Part shown: in pieces, positions 15,835 to 26,323 of the stretch
Layout of the letters: each line of letters opens with the position of its first letter
How positions within the stretch are numbered: the stretch's first letter is position 1
Assembly: GCA_035623825.1 (NCBI GenBank)
Contig: DASPSR010000013.1
Coordinates: 1 to 42,406 of the forward strand
Reading direction: 5' to 3'
DNA from: Nitrospirota bacterium
GTDB taxonomy: Bacteria > Nitrospirota > UBA9217
Length of the DNA: 42,406 bases
Notes under the pieces: model-generated
What the model was told of the DNA's origin: nothing
Database searches by the model: none
Seen by the model: the letters and a program-made list of their open reading frames with translations, nothing else
Position numbers and translations under genes: made by a program

Positions 15835-18411
15835 ATGACAGTGATCAGGGTACATGAACTGGCAAAGAAAATGGGAGTAGAGAGCAAGGACCTTATTACT
15901 GTGCTCGAGAAAATGGGCATAAAGGGGAAAACTCCCACGAGCGGCCTCGATGACAAAGAAACAAAGTCCCTGATCGAGAAGCTGAAGGCCGTGCGGAAAG
16001 AGAAAGAGAAGGAGAAGGAGAAAGTCAAGAAAGAAAAGACCACGGTTGAAGTCGTCGCCTCCAAAGAAGAGCGACTTAAGAAGGCGGCGGCGCTTATCGG
16101 GAAATTCTCCTCTACTCTAGAGAAGCCTGGCGCGAAGCCCAAGCCGGCGCCGATTCCTCCTCAGCCGAAGCCGGTCATGCCCGCACCTCCAGTGATCCCG
16201 CCTCCCGGACAGGTCAAGCAGGCAATTCCTGCCAGAGCCGAAGAGAAGCCGGCAGCCCCTGAAGTGCAGAGCGCTCAAGCCCAGCAGCCTGTAGTACATG
16301 CGGCAGCTCAAAGCATGCAGCAACCGCGTCCGTTCCAAGCTCCGGCAGACCGTCTGGCGCAGCACAGACCGCCCAGCGCGGGGGAGCGGCCGGCACGGCA
16401 ATTCGCGAAGCCTACATTCGGGATGCCCGTGCTCGAGCCGTCACAGGTTCCTCCATCCCTTATCCCGGCCAAGCCATCTAAGAAAAAGTGGCAGAAAAAA
16501 TCAGATTACGAACAGAAAGTAGACCGCGAGTTCCGCGAAAAACCGTCATTTAAAAAACTTCCAGATCTGAAGACGCTTCCTGCGGGCAAGAAACCACATA
16601 AAAAAGACGACAAGCATGCGCTGCAAACGGATGTCGCTGAAATTACCAAGCCCAGACGAAAGGTGGTCAAAATCCAGGAAGGCTGCACTATCAAGGAGTT
16701 CGCCGAGGTCATGGGCCAGAAAGTCGGCGATGTGATCAAGAAGCTCATGAGCATGGGCATGATGGCCACCCAGAATCAGGCGATGGACATGGATGCTGCC
16801 ATGCTTCTGGCGGAAGAATACGGGATCAAGGCTGAGATTGCGAGCATCGAAAGCGCCGAGGACGTGCTTGAGGAAAAGGCTGACGAAACCGAGGTGAAGG
16901 TGCTGAGGTCGCCGGTGGTCACGATCATGGGTCATGTGGACCACGGGAAAACATCGCTTCTCGATGCGATACGCGAGACCAATGTCGTGTCGAAAGAGGC
17001 AGGCGGTATTACTCAGCACATCGGTGCATACCAGGTGAGCCTCAAGGGGAGGGACATAACATTCCTTGACACGCCGGGCCACGCTGCGTTTACCGCCATG
17101 CGTGCGCGCGGAGCGCAGGTGACGGACATCGTGATCCTGGTGGTTGCGGCGGACGATGGAGTGATGCCGCAGACCCGCGAAGCAATCAGCCATGCCAAAG
17201 CAGCCGGAGTACCGATCATCGTGGCTATCAACAAGATCGACAAACCTGAAGCAAAACCCGACCGCGTCAAGCAGGAGCTTTCCGAATTCGAACTGATACC
17301 TGAGGAATGGGGCGGCCAGACCATATTCTGCGAGGTCTCGGCAAAGAAGCGGATCGGCCTTGAGCATCTTCTGGAGATGGTGCTCATACAGGCCGACGTG
17401 CTCGAGCTCAAGGCGAACCCGGACAAGATGGCCCGGGGCACCATCATAGAGGCTAAGCTGGATAAAGGCAGGGGCCCGGTGGCAACAGTGCTGGTTCAGT
17501 CCGGGACGCTGAAGGGCGGCGACATATTCGTGACCGGCGTACAATTCGGCAGGGTACGAGCGCTCATTAACGACAAGGGTGAGCGGGTGGAACTGGCGGG
17601 GCCGTCCGTACCGGTCGAGGTAATAGGATTCTCCGGGGTACCGCTTGCAGGTGAGCGTTTTGTCGTGCTGGAAGAAGAGCGCAAGGCCCGGCAGATAGCC
17701 GAAATAAGGCAGGCAAAACTGAGAACCTCAGAAATGGCCGCGATGAAGAAGGTCACGCTCGAAGATCTCCACAGCCAGATACAGGAAGGCATGGTGAAAG
17801 AGCTCAATATCGTGATCAAGGCCGACGTGCAGGGTTCGGCCGGCGCCATCGTCGATTCGCTTGAAAAGCTTTCAACCTCCGCGGTCAAGCTCAAGGTCAT
17901 TCACAGTTCCGTTGGCGCGATTACGGAGACCGACGTCATGCTCGCAGCGGCATCGAACGCGATCATCATCGGGTTCAACGTCCGGCCAGAACCAAAGGCT
18001 ACCGACCTGTCCCAGCGCGAAGGCGTGGATATCCGTTTGTACAATATTATCTATAATGCCATTGATGACATCAAGTCCGCAATGGAGGGACTGCTCGAAC
18101 CAACGCTCAAGGAACGTGTCCTCGGGCGAGCTGAGGTCCGGCAGACGTTCCACGTATCTAAAGTCGGAACCATTGCGGGATGCTATGTTCTTGAGGGAAT
18201 CGTCACGAGGCAGGCCGACGGCGTGCGGGTGCTCCGGGACCACGTGCTTGTCTATGAAGGGAAGCTCCACTCCCTCAAAAGATTCAAGGATGATGTGCGC
18301 GAGGTGCAGGCAGGCTACGAATGCGGACTCGGGGTGGAGAATTTCAACGACATCAAGGTGGGAGATATCATCGAGGCCTACACGATCGAGAAGGTGGCGG
18401 CAAAACTGTAA
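15835..18411 (+). CDS. infB: Translation initiation factor IF-2
   Basis: RVHELAK N-domain; [17 protein letters not shown]; [17 protein letters not shown]. Confidence 0.98.
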   Translation: MTVIRVHELAKKMGVESKDLITVLEKMGIKGKTPTSGLDDKETKSLIEKLKAVRKEKEKEKEKVKKEKTTVEVVASKEERLKKAAALIGKFSSTLEKPGAKPKPAPIPPQPKPVMPAPPVIPPPGQVKQAIPARAEEKPAAPEVQSAQAQQPVVHAAAQSMQQPRPFQAPADRLAQHRPPSAGERPARQFAKPTFGMPVLEPSQVPPSLIPAKPSKKKWQKKSDYEQKVDREFREKPSFKKLPDLKTLPAGKKPHKKDDKHALQTDVAEITKPRRKVVKIQEGCTIKEFAEVMGQKVGDVIKKLMSMGMMATQNQAMDMDAAMLLAEEYGIKAEIASIESAEDVLEEKADETEVKVLRSPVVTIMGHVDHGKTSLLDAIRETNVVSKEAGGITQHIGAYQVSLKGRDITFLDTPGHAAFTAMRARGAQVTDIVILVVAADDGVMPQTREAISHAKAAGVPIIVAINKIDKPEAKPDRVKQELSEFELIPEEWGGQTIFCEVSAKKRIGLEHLLEMVLIQADVLELKANPDKMARGTIIEAKLDKGRGPVATVLVQSGTLKGGDIFVTGVQFGRVRALINDKGERVELAGPSVPVEVIGFSGVPLAGERFVVLEEERKARQIAEIRQAKLRTSEMAAMKKVTLEDLHSQIQEGMVKELNIVIKADVQGSAGAIVDSLEKLSTSAVKLKVIHSSVGAITETDVMLAAASNAIIIGFNVRPEPKATDLSQREGVDIRLYNIIYNAIDDIKSAMEGLLEPTLKERVLGRAEVRQTFHVSKVGTIAGCYVLEGIVTRQADGVRVLRDHVLVYEGKLHSLKRFKDDVREVQAGYECGLGVENFNDIKVGDIIEAYTIEKVAAKL

Positions 18412-18477
18412 CATTGCATGGCAACCAAGTAGGATCATGACATCGACAGAAGCGCGAAAGCGCAATACGTTTGCCCT

Positions 18478-18759
18478 ATGTTTATCGGAGTCTGCACCAT
18501 CGAAGTTCACGTCCCTGACAGTGGGTCACTCAAGGCAAAGAGACATTCTCTCCGCAGTCTGAAAGACAGGATACGGAACAAGTTTAATGTCTCGGTGGCC
18601 GAGGTCGATGATAATGACCTCTGGCAGAAAGCTTCCCTTGCCGTTGCTGCCGTAAGCAATGATAAATCCCACCTCAATCAGACGTTGGACCATGTACTGA
18701 ACATGGTGCGCGGTGTACCGGAACTGAGCCTGTTGGATTATCACATAGAGATTTTTTAA
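18478..18759 (+). CDS. DUF503 (YlxP) family protein
   Basis: SLKAKR, FNVSVAEV...DLWQ; typical position between infB and rbfA. Confidence 0.9.
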   Translation: MFIGVCTIEVHVPDSGSLKAKRHSLRSLKDRIRNKFNVSVAEVDDNDLWQKASLAVAAVSNDKSHLNQTLDHVLNMVRGVPELSLLDYHIEIF

Positions 18760-18856
18760 GCAGGCGATAGAGCGAGGATGACAGTGGACAGCACGAAGCC
18801 GCAATGCCGGAGCGCCTGTCTTCTGTCCGTCCGGTATCCGTCATCTCAACACCTCC

Positions 18857-19231
18857 ATGTCAAAACCGACGTATAAGAGATCAGAACGCGTGAGCGATCA
18901 AATGAAGCAGGAGATCGCCGATATCCTCATGCGCAAGATCAAGGACCCGCGTATCGGGTTCGTTACAGTGACCGATGTCGAGGTTTCTGACGACCTAAGG
19001 AACGCAAAGGTCTTCGTGAGCGTCTACGGAGGAGACAAAGAGTCTTCGCTGAAGGGATTAAGGAGCGCTTCGGCGTTCATCCGGGCCGAACTGGGCAGGC
19101 GCATGCGTATGAAGTTCATGCCGGAAATCCTCTTCCGTTTTGACAGTACCGTGGAGCGTGGAGCGCATATCATGGAACTCCTGCGAAATCTCGAAGCTGA
19201 GAAGGCAAAGAAAGGTCCCGGGGATGAGTGA
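18857..19231 (+). CDS. rbfA: Ribosome-binding factor A
   Basis: KDPRIGFVTVTDVEVSDDLRNAKVFV, PEILFRFD. Confidence 0.96.
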   Translation: MSKPTYKRSERVSDQMKQEIADILMRKIKDPRIGFVTVTDVEVSDDLRNAKVFVSVYGGDKESSLKGLRSASAFIRAELGRRMRMKFMPEILFRFDSTVERGAHIMELLRNLEAEKAKKGPGDE

Positions 19232-20225
19232 TCTGGCCGAAATCATATTGGAACTGAAGCGATGCGATACCATTCTGATCTCGGTCCACAAAAGCCCCGA
19301 CGGCGATGCTCTCGGTTCACAGCTGGCACTCATGCACGCACTCGAGAAACTGAAAAAGTCGGTCACTGCCCATAACCTTGACCCGGCGCCTGAGATATAC
19401 CGTTTTCTGCCAGGTTTGGCGAAAATAAAAACAGGCGGCCCCGCTGCAGGGAGATATGATGCGCTCGTCGTGCTGGACTCAGAACCCGCCAGAACCGGTC
19501 TCTTCGATGGAAGCTATCCTGCTGATACGCTGATCGACATCGACCATCACATCACCAACGCGCTAGAGTGGAAACTCAGCTGGCTGGACCCGGAAGCATC
19601 GGCCACGGGGGAGATGATCTACAAGCTTATTAAAGGCCTGGGCGTCACGATAGACCGCGACATCGCCCTCTGCCTCTACACGGCGATCTTCACGGATACC
19701 GGATCGTTCCGCTATTCCAATACGTCACCGGCAAGCATGAGGATCTCCGCGGATCTCATCGAAGCGGGGGCTGATCCGTGGCTCGTTACCGAGAACGTGT
19801 ACGAATCTTATGCGTACCGGCGGTTAAAGCTTCTCGGCAACGTCCTTGCCGGTTTGGAGCGCAGCGAGGACGGAAGAATTGCGTGGGTCGTGATCTCCGG
19901 CAGTCTCTACCAGCTGACGGGGTCAACGGCCGAAGATACGGAAAATTTTGTCAACTTTGTCCGTTCCGTGAAAGGAGTGGAAGTCGCGGTCCTCTTCCGC
20001 CAAACTGCCGAAGCACAGTATAAGATCAGCATGCGCTCCAAAGGTCGTGTCGACCTCTCCGGCCTCGCCGCGTCCCTCGGTGGCGGCGGGCACAAGAACG
20101 CTGCTGGCTGCGTACTCTACGGCACGCTCGAAGAAGTGAAAAAAAAGGTGATCAGCGAGGTCGATAAGGCCATCGCGATGCAGATGGGGAAAGAGAGAGT
20201 TGTAGGTCATGGACGGTATTCTTAA
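19224..20225 (+). CDS. nrnA: DHH/DHHA1 bifunctional oligoribonuclease / PAP phosphatase
   Basis: H.SPDGDALGS, IDHH, TDTGSF, SMRS, GGGGHKNAAG; ATG 19224 overlaps the rbfA end. Confidence 0.92.
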   Translation: MSDLAEIILELKRCDTILISVHKSPDGDALGSQLALMHALEKLKKSVTAHNLDPAPEIYRFLPGLAKIKTGGPAAGRYDALVVLDSEPARTGLFDGSYPADTLIDIDHHITNALEWKLSWLDPEASATGEMIYKLIKGLGVTIDRDIALCLYTAIFTDTGSFRYSNTSPASMRISADLIEAGADPWLVTENVYESYAYRRLKLLGNVLAGLERSEDGRIAWVVISGSLYQLTGSTAEDTENFVNFVRSVKGVEVAVLFRQTAEAQYKISMRSKGRVDLSGLAASLGGGGHKNAAGCVLYGTLEEVKKKVISEVDKAIAMQMGKERVVGHGRYS

Positions 20226-21099
20226 TATCAATAAGCCGTCGGGCATGACATCCCATGACGCAGTTCAGAAGGTGCGCCGGATAATGAAAGAAGGGCGGAT
20301 AGGTCATACAGGTACGCTCGACCCGCTCGCGACCGGCGTTCTCGTTCTGTGCGTCGGAAAGGCCACAAGGATTGCCAGATATCTTGTGACAGGAGAAAAA
20401 GAATACCGCGCCGTGATGCGGCTTGGGGTGATTACCGATACCCTGGATGCCGCAGGGCGCGTTCTGGAAACAAGGCAATATGCGCCTCCTGGCAGAGAGG
20501 ATATCGAGCGGGTCATGCGCAGGCTAACAGGCGTCATCATGCAGCGTCCGCCGGCATTCTCGGCAGTGAAAGTCTCGGGGGTGCCATCATATAAATTAGC
20601 AAGACAGGGCAGAGCAGCGGAGCTCAATCCCCGTCCCGTAACCATACACCGCATCGAAATGACTGCGTATGCCGACCCGCTCGTGAGCTTTACCGTGAGA
20701 TGCTCCAAAGGAGTATATGTCCGGACGCTCTGTGCGGATATCGGAGAGGCTCTCGGCATGGGTGCCCATCTCGCAGCTCTAGTAAGGACTCGTTCAGGCC
20801 GTTTCAGCCTTGAACAGGCTGTTACGCTGGATCAGCTTGAAGATATCGCTTCTGCGGGTCGAGCACATCAAGCGATCACACCGATGGAGGAAGCGCTCGC
20901 TGATCTCCCGGCGGTCCTGATCGGGAATGAGGAAGCCTCAAAGGTCCTGCACGGGAACCGCGTGTCCTGTCCGACGTCTCTGGCCAACGGCAGCAGCGAT
21001 GTTGCCCGCATCCACGATTCTGCGGGCAGACTGCTGGCCCTTGCAAGGATAGTTGCCGGCACCCTCAGGCCCGAACTTGTCTTTGCATGCAGTTCATGA
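20209..21099 (+). CDS. truB: tRNA pseudouridine(55) synthase
   Basis: GHTGTLDPLATGVL, PPAFSAVK, CSKGVYVRTL. Confidence 0.96.
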   Translation: MDGILNINKPSGMTSHDAVQKVRRIMKEGRIGHTGTLDPLATGVLVLCVGKATRIARYLVTGEKEYRAVMRLGVITDTLDAAGRVLETRQYAPPGREDIERVMRRLTGVIMQRPPAFSAVKVSGVPSYKLARQGRAAELNPRPVTIHRIEMTAYADPLVSFTVRCSKGVYVRTLCADIGEALGMGAHLAALVRTRSGRFSLEQAVTLDQLEDIASAGRAHQAITPMEEALADLPAVLIGNEEASKVLHGNRVSCPTSLANGSSDVARIHDSAGRLLALARIVAGTLRPELVFACSS

Positions 21100-21177
21100 A
21101 CAAAACACTTTACACCGTTCTGGAAATATGATATTTTATCTCGCTTTAGAAACGCTATGGAAAGGAGGGACGCTTGC

Positions 21178-21441
21178 ATGGATAAGGAACAGAAAACAGG
21201 CCTGATTAATACGTATCGCAGACATCCATCGGACACAGGTTCTCCGGAAGTGCAGATAGCGCTTCTGAGTGGACGGATCAGTCATCTGACGGAGCACCTG
21301 CAGGCGCACAAGCATGACCATCATTCACGGAGAGGTCTCCTGAAGATGGTCGGTCAGAGGCGCCGCCACCTGGATTATCTGAAGAAAAACGATCTGGAGC
21401 GCTACCGTCAGGTTATCGATCAGCTCGGCATAAGAAAATAG
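21178..21441 (+). CDS. rpsO: 30S ribosomal protein S15
   Basis: [30 protein letters not shown]; AAGGAGG RBS before ATG 21178. Confidence 0.97.
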   Translation: MDKEQKTGLINTYRRHPSDTGSPEVQIALLSGRISHLTEHLQAHKHDHHSRRGLLKMVGQRRRHLDYLKKNDLERYRQVIDQLGIRK

Positions 21442-21473
21442 CATTACGGACGTAATGGGAAGAGTGAGGTTTC

Positions 21474-23567
21474 ATGGCAACGACAGTAGAAGCGGAAATA
21501 GGCGGCAGACGACTGCTGCTTGAAACAGGGTTGATGGCCAAACAGGCGAGCGGCGCCGTTGTCGCCAGATACGGCGATACCGTTGTCCTCTCGACGGCTG
21601 TTGCCTCCAAGGTTGAACGGGAAAACGTTGATTTTCTTCCGTTGACGGTTGACTATCAGGAAAAGGCCTATGCCGCTGGAAGGATCCCGGGCGGTTTTTT
21701 TAAGCGTGAGGGGAGACAGAGCGAAAAAGAGATCCTGACGTCGAGGCTCATCGACCGGCCGATCAGGCCGTTGTTCCCTGATGGATACTATTACGACACG
21801 CAGATCATTGCGTCTGTGCTCTCGATCGGCGATGAGAGCTCCATGGATCTCATGGGCATGATCTCGTCGTCCGCTGCTCTCGCGATATCCGACATTCCAT
21901 TTAATGGTCCTATTGGCGCCGTGAGAATCGGCTTTATAGACGGCCAGTATATCATCAATCCCGGCCAGAAGGAGCTTGAGGCCACGCGCCTCAACCTGGT
22001 AGTGGCGGGAACTGCCGACGCCATCATGATGGTCGAGGGCGGGGCGAACGAATTGACCGAAGAACAGATGCTCGATGCCCTCGAGACCGCGCACCGCGAG
22101 ATCAAGAAGATCGTCGATCTCCAGAACAATCTCGTCTCGAAAGTCGGGAAGCCGAAACGCCCCGTAAAGACCGTTGAGATCGATAAGGACCTGGCCGATC
22201 AGGTTGTTTCGCTGGCCAAGGACCAGCTGCTAAGCGCCATCATCATTCCGAACAAAATGGAGCGGCAAAAGACCCTCGATGCTCTCCTCGATGAGATAAA
22301 ACAGAAGCTCAAGAATGACGATCCAACGAGGAACCTTCAGATCTCCACAATATTCTTCAATCTTGAAAAGGATGAAGTCCGGAAGATCATCCTCGAGAAG
22401 AACATACGCGCTGACGGCAGAAGGCCGGATCAGATCCGGACGATTAGTTCGGCGGTAAGTATTCTTCCCCGGACGCACGGCTCAGCCCTCTTTACGCGCG
22501 GCGAGACCCAGGCTCTGGTTGTGGCCACCCTCGGGACTTCCGAGGACGAGCAGCGTATCGATTCCCTGGAGGGAGAGTATTACAAGACATTCATGCTCCA
22601 CTACAATTTCCCGCCCTTCAGCGTGGGGGAGACCAAACCTCTCCGAGGGCCGGGCAGGAGAGAGGTCGGTCATGGTGCGCTCGCAGAGCGCGCGCTCAAG
22701 GCTATGGTTCCCTCGAAGCAGGAGTTCCCTTATACCATCAGACTCGTATCTGATATCCTTGAGTCCAATGGCTCATCGTCCATGGCCACGGTCTGTGGAG
22801 GTACCCTTGCGCTCATGGATGCCGGGGTTCCGGTCAAGGCGCCGGTCGCGGGAATCGCCATGGGACTCATTAAGGAAGGGGACAATGTGATCGTGCTCTC
22901 TGATATCCTGGGCCTCGAGGACCACCTCGGAGACATGGACTTCAAGGTCACGGGTACGAGCGCCGGCATCACCGCGCTCCAGATGGATATGAAGATCGAG
23001 GGCATCACGATCGATGTCATGCGCCGTGCCCTTCAGCAGGCGAAAGATGGACGGCTCTATATCCTGGGGAAAATGCTCGAAACGCTGCCAGCGCCGCGAA
23101 AGAATCTCAACCCCTTTGCACCCAGGATAATCACCATGCAGATCAATCCGGACAAGATCAAGGACGTGATCGGGAGTGGCGGCAAGGTGATCCGCAGTAT
23201 TGTCGAGCAGACCGGAGCCAAGATCGATATTGAAGACAGCGGCGTCATCAACATTGCCTCATCTGACGAGGCAGCAGCCAACAAAGCGAAGGAAATCATC
23301 CGCGGTATCGTCCAGGAGGCCGAGGTCGGCAAGCTGTACATGGGCAAAGTGAGAAAGATCATGGATTTCGGTGCGTTCGTCGAGATATTCCCCGGAACCG
23401 ATGGGCTGCTCCATATATCGCAAATCTCCGATAAAAGGCTCGAAAAGGTGACCGACGAGTTGAAGGAAGGAGACGAGGTTCTCGTCAAAGTGCTTGAGAT
23501 CGACCGGCAGGGCAAGATCCGTCTGTCGCGTAAGGAAGCGATGAGGGAAAAGGCAAAGAAGCAATAG
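21474..23567 (+). CDS. pnp: Polyribonucleotide nucleotidyltransferase (PNPase)
   Basis: GRIPGGFFKREG, FMLHYNFPPFSVGE, ESNGSSSMA, GDMDFKV, KH and S1 domains. Confidence 0.98.
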   Translation: MATTVEAEIGGRRLLLETGLMAKQASGAVVARYGDTVVLSTAVASKVERENVDFLPLTVDYQEKAYAAGRIPGGFFKREGRQSEKEILTSRLIDRPIRPLFPDGYYYDTQIIASVLSIGDESSMDLMGMISSSAALAISDIPFNGPIGAVRIGFIDGQYIINPGQKELEATRLNLVVAGTADAIMMVEGGANELTEEQMLDALETAHREIKKIVDLQNNLVSKVGKPKRPVKTVEIDKDLADQVVSLAKDQLLSAIIIPNKMERQKTLDALLDEIKQKLKNDDPTRNLQISTIFFNLEKDEVRKIILEKNIRADGRRPDQIRTISSAVSILPRTHGSALFTRGETQALVVATLGTSEDEQRIDSLEGEYYKTFMLHYNFPPFSVGETKPLRGPGRREVGHGALAERALKAMVPSKQEFPYTIRLVSDILESNGSSSMATVCGGTLALMDAGVPVKAPVAGIAMGLIKEGDNVIVLSDILGLEDHLGDMDFKVTGTSAGITALQMDMKIEGITIDVMRRALQQAKDGRLYILGKMLETLPAPRKNLNPFAPRIITMQINPDKIKDVIGSGGKVIRSIVEQTGAKIDIEDSGVINIASSDEAAANKAKEIIRGIVQEAEVGKLYMGKVRKIMDFGAFVEIFPGTDGLLHISQISDKRLEKVTDELKEGDEVLVKVLEIDRQGKIRLSRKEAMREKAKKQ

Positions 23568-23596
23568 CTTTTTTAGAATTATGGACAGAGGCGGCG

Positions 23597-23644
23597 AGGA
23601 AATAGGATGGATTGAAAGATTGCCTATTTCCTTTTTTGTTTTTT
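23597..23644 (+). terminator. Rho-independent terminator after pnp
   Basis: AGGAAATAGG (23597-23606) / CCTATTTCCT (23623-23632) followed by T-rich run. Confidence 0.75.
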
Positions 23645-23659
23645 GTGCAGGGAGGGAAA

Positions 23660-24898
23660 GTGCCGAAATACGATTTAATCGTGGTCGGGGCGGGACTCGG
23701 CGGACTTGCTGCGTCAGCGCTGCTTTCCAGAAAGAGTAAAAAGGTCATTGTTGTTGAGCCTGAGAAGGTCGTAGGCGGTGCCTTAGGGACCGTTGAAAAG
23801 GACGACTTCGTGTTCACCACAGGTCCCACCCTGTCTTTCGGGTTCGAACGGGGAGGGGCGTTCCAAGAACTCTATGAAACCCTTGGCATCCCGCATAGCG
23901 CATCGATGCTCTCGCCCTGTTATCAGGTTGCGCTTCCTGACAGAAGGATCACAGTATATGCTGAGGCCAGCGAGACTCAGGAAGAGCTAAGACGAGAGTT
24001 TCCGGGAGAAATAGATACGATTGCAAGATTCTATCAGGATCTCAGAATCGAGACGCTCCGCAACAGCAAGTACCGTGTCGCCGCATATCTTTCGAAGCGC
24101 AGGAAGGCAGGGACCTTCGTCCGGAAATACCGCTTTAGCCCTGAATTGATGGCTTTCTTTGATATTCAGTCGCTCGTTTTTTTCCACCAGCACGTATCGG
24201 ATATTTCTCTCGCATCACTTATGCTGTTGTTTGATACGATACCCCTCTCGATGCAGGGAGGGTTCAAAAAACTGCTCGACCAGATGCTCGATGTGATTCT
24301 GAAAAACGGCGGCGAGGTACGATACTGCACGCCGTTCCCCGAGATTGTTTTCAGAGATGGTCATGCCGTTGGTCTCAAGACGCCACAGGATTTGGCGGAG
24401 GCGGACACTATTCTTTTGAACACAGAACAGCAGCGCACGGGGTCCACGCTCTTTATCGGTATCCGTGATGAGGTAGTCCCCATGTGCATGTCCCAGTTCG
24501 TGCTGTGTTTGCCGGACTATGCGCAGCCGAGCCAGTACTTCACTCTGTCCTTAAATCCAAAAGATGACGTCGGCTCCGCGCCAAAAGGCATGAGGGCGAT
24601 CACCGCATCTTTCCCTGCTGATCAGCACCCCTGCGAGGTGAATGATGCTCTCTTGCGCCAGGTCGGGAACCTGATCCCTTTTTTACAGAAATTTCTGGCT
24701 TTCTATCAAGCATATACGCCGGCCTTAAGATCTTACGCCGTCCCCGGCGATGTTTCGTTCAGGCCCATCCGGACGTCCGACGGCCAGCCGGTTCTCAGCA
24801 AATCTTCGCGAGGGAACATTTATCTGCTTGCTGACGGCTGGGGGACTCCTCTCCAGACAGTCCACGCAGCTCAGAGGCTTGTTGACCGATTGTGCTAG
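23660..24898 (+). CDS. FAD-dependent oxidoreductase, phytoene desaturase (CrtI/COG1233)-like
   Basis: YDLIVVGAGLGGLAA dinucleotide fold, E....GG, F..GP, GG...L...M; AP.G motif; GTG start after GGAGG. Confidence 0.75.
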   Translation: MPKYDLIVVGAGLGGLAASALLSRKSKKVIVVEPEKVVGGALGTVEKDDFVFTTGPTLSFGFERGGAFQELYETLGIPHSASMLSPCYQVALPDRRITVYAEASETQEELRREFPGEIDTIARFYQDLRIETLRNSKYRVAAYLSKRRKAGTFVRKYRFSPELMAFFDIQSLVFFHQHVSDISLASLMLLFDTIPLSMQGGFKKLLDQMLDVILKNGGEVRYCTPFPEIVFRDGHAVGLKTPQDLAEADTILLNTEQQRTGSTLFIGIRDEVVPMCMSQFVLCLPDYAQPSQYFTLSLNPKDDVGSAPKGMRAITASFPADQHPCEVNDALLRQVGNLIPFLQKFLAFYQAYTPALRSYAVPGDVSFRPIRTSDGQPVLSKSSRGNIYLLADGWGTPLQTVHAAQRLVDRLC

Positions 24899-25015
24899 GG
24901 CAGTCAGCACCCGGCATGCATATCCGTCAACCGTAATCAATAAATGCGGATAGATGCAAAAGGAAGTTTTTTTGAAAGCTTTTACAGCTACGTAGGAAAA
25001 AGGAATGAGGATATC

Positions 25016-26092
25016 ATGAAAAACAGACATTGGATCATGGGAATCGTCTTCTCGTTCGTGGCATCGCTTGTGTCTTGCGGAGGCGGAGGATCAACCACCT
25101 CCCAAATGGTTTCGACCTTGGCGGGTTCAGCAGGGGTTTTGGGGGCCCTCAATGGAACAGGATCAACAGCAAGCTTCTATACACCATTCGGTATTACCAC
25201 GGATGGGACCTACCTTTATGTTGCAGATACCGGCAACAGTACTATCCGAGAAATCGTCATTGCAACAGGACTGGTTACGACCTTGACGGGTACAGCAGGT
25301 GTCCCCGGCTCCACGGATGGACCGCTGGCAACGGCTCGCTTCTATACCCCCTGCGGTGTTGTCACGTATGGAGGTAACGTTTATGTTGCGGACACGGGCA
25401 ACAGTACCATCCGAGAGATTGTCATTTCCACAGGAACAGTTTCGACCCTTGCAGGTTCGCCGACAGTGACCGGCTCCGCCGATGGAACGGGGTCCGCGGC
25501 ACTTTTTTCCCTGCCCTATGGTATAACCACGGATGGAACCAACCTCTATGTCGCGGACACGGGCAACAGTACCATCCGGAAGATTGTTATTTCCACAGGA
25601 ACAGTTTCGACCCTTGCAGGTTCGCCGACCGTGACCGGCTCCACCGATGGAACGGGCGCAGCGGCAAGCTTCTACCATCCGGCGGGCATCACCGTTTTTG
25701 GTACCACCCTTTATGTTGCGGACACGGGCAACAGTACCATCCGAGAAATCAATCTTGCAACAGGACAGGTTTCGACCCTGGCAGGTTCAGCAGGTTCATC
25801 TGGTTCCACTGATGGAACGGGGACAGGAGCTCGATTCAACCAGCCCACAGGCATCGTCACTGATGGGACCGGGACCTACCTTTGGGTCACGGACACGGGA
25901 AACAGCACCATCCGGAGGCTGACCATTTTGTCAGGCGACGTTATGACGGTGGCAGGTATAGCAGGGGCCCTTGGCTCCGACAACGGGCCGTTGATATCGG
26001 CAAGCTTCTACCGCCCGACGGGCATCACCTTGTATAGTCCAAGGTTTTTCATATCGGATACTCTTAATAGTATCATACGAGTGATACAGTAA
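25016..26092 (+). CDS. NHL-repeat beta-propeller lipoprotein
   Basis: Lipobox LVSC followed by GGGG; about six 55-aa repeats F..P.GIT.DG..LYVADTGNSTIR.I...TG.VSTLAG. Confidence 0.88.
   Translation: MKNRHWIMGIVFSFVASLVSCGGGGSTTSQMVSTLAGSAGVLGALNGTGSTASFYTPFGITTDGTYLYVADTGNSTIREIVIATGLVTTLTGTAGVPGSTDGPLATARFYTPCGVVTYGGNVYVADTGNSTIREIVISTGTVSTLAGSPTVTGSADGTGSAALFSLPYGITTDGTNLYVADTGNSTIRKIVISTGTVSTLAGSPTVTGSTDGTGAAASFYHPAGITVFGTTLYVADTGNSTIREINLATGQVSTLAGSAGSSGSTDGTGTGARFNQPTGIVTDGTGTYLWVTDTGNSTIRRLTILSGDVMTVAGIAGALGSDNGPLISASFYRPTGITLYSPRFFISDTLNSIIRVIQ
25217..25920 (+). repeat. Intragenic tandem 165-bp coding repeats (NHL units)
   Basis: Units begin at 25217, 25382, 25547, 25712 and about 25880; 25382-25491 and 25547-25656 differ at only 6 of 110 positions. 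Confidence 0.85.
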
Positions 26093-26323
26093 TCCTGTCG
26101 CCGACGGTGGGTTGTTGATCATGTCGTGCCATTTTTTGAGATGGCTAAATGGCCAGACAAAATTGCAAGCGGAGTAAAGCCCTGCTATCGAAGCGGGTGC
26201 GTTCGCTTGCGCTTTGATTCCATTATCCTGAGGGATACGTCACCCATTCGCTGCTGTCAGTTGTTGACACTGTGTTTCTGAATATTCTTTGCGGTTGAGG
26301 GAGACCAGGGAGACAAGAGAGCT

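Noticed and set aside
15995-16040. Purine-rich GAGAAG/GAGAAA repeats in infB as a slippage or phase-variation tract
   Set aside because: They encode the ordinary low-complexity EK-rich IF-2 linker; the repeats are imperfect and in frame.
16546-18562. Long alternative-frame ORFs over infB (332, 233 and 212 aa); similar ones over clpC (317 and 324 aa), lpxD and msbA
   Set aside because: These are typical shadow ORFs produced by codon bias in conserved GC-rich genes.
21100-21177. Absence of ribF between truB and rpsO; ORF-track start of rpsO at 21157
   Set aside because: Direct truB-rpsO-pnp order is common; the strong AAGGAGG RBS supports ATG 21178.
25217-25920. Regularly spaced direct repeats as a CRISPR array
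   Set aside because: The 165-bp in-frame period encodes NHL blades, the intervening sequences are homologous, and there are no cas genes.
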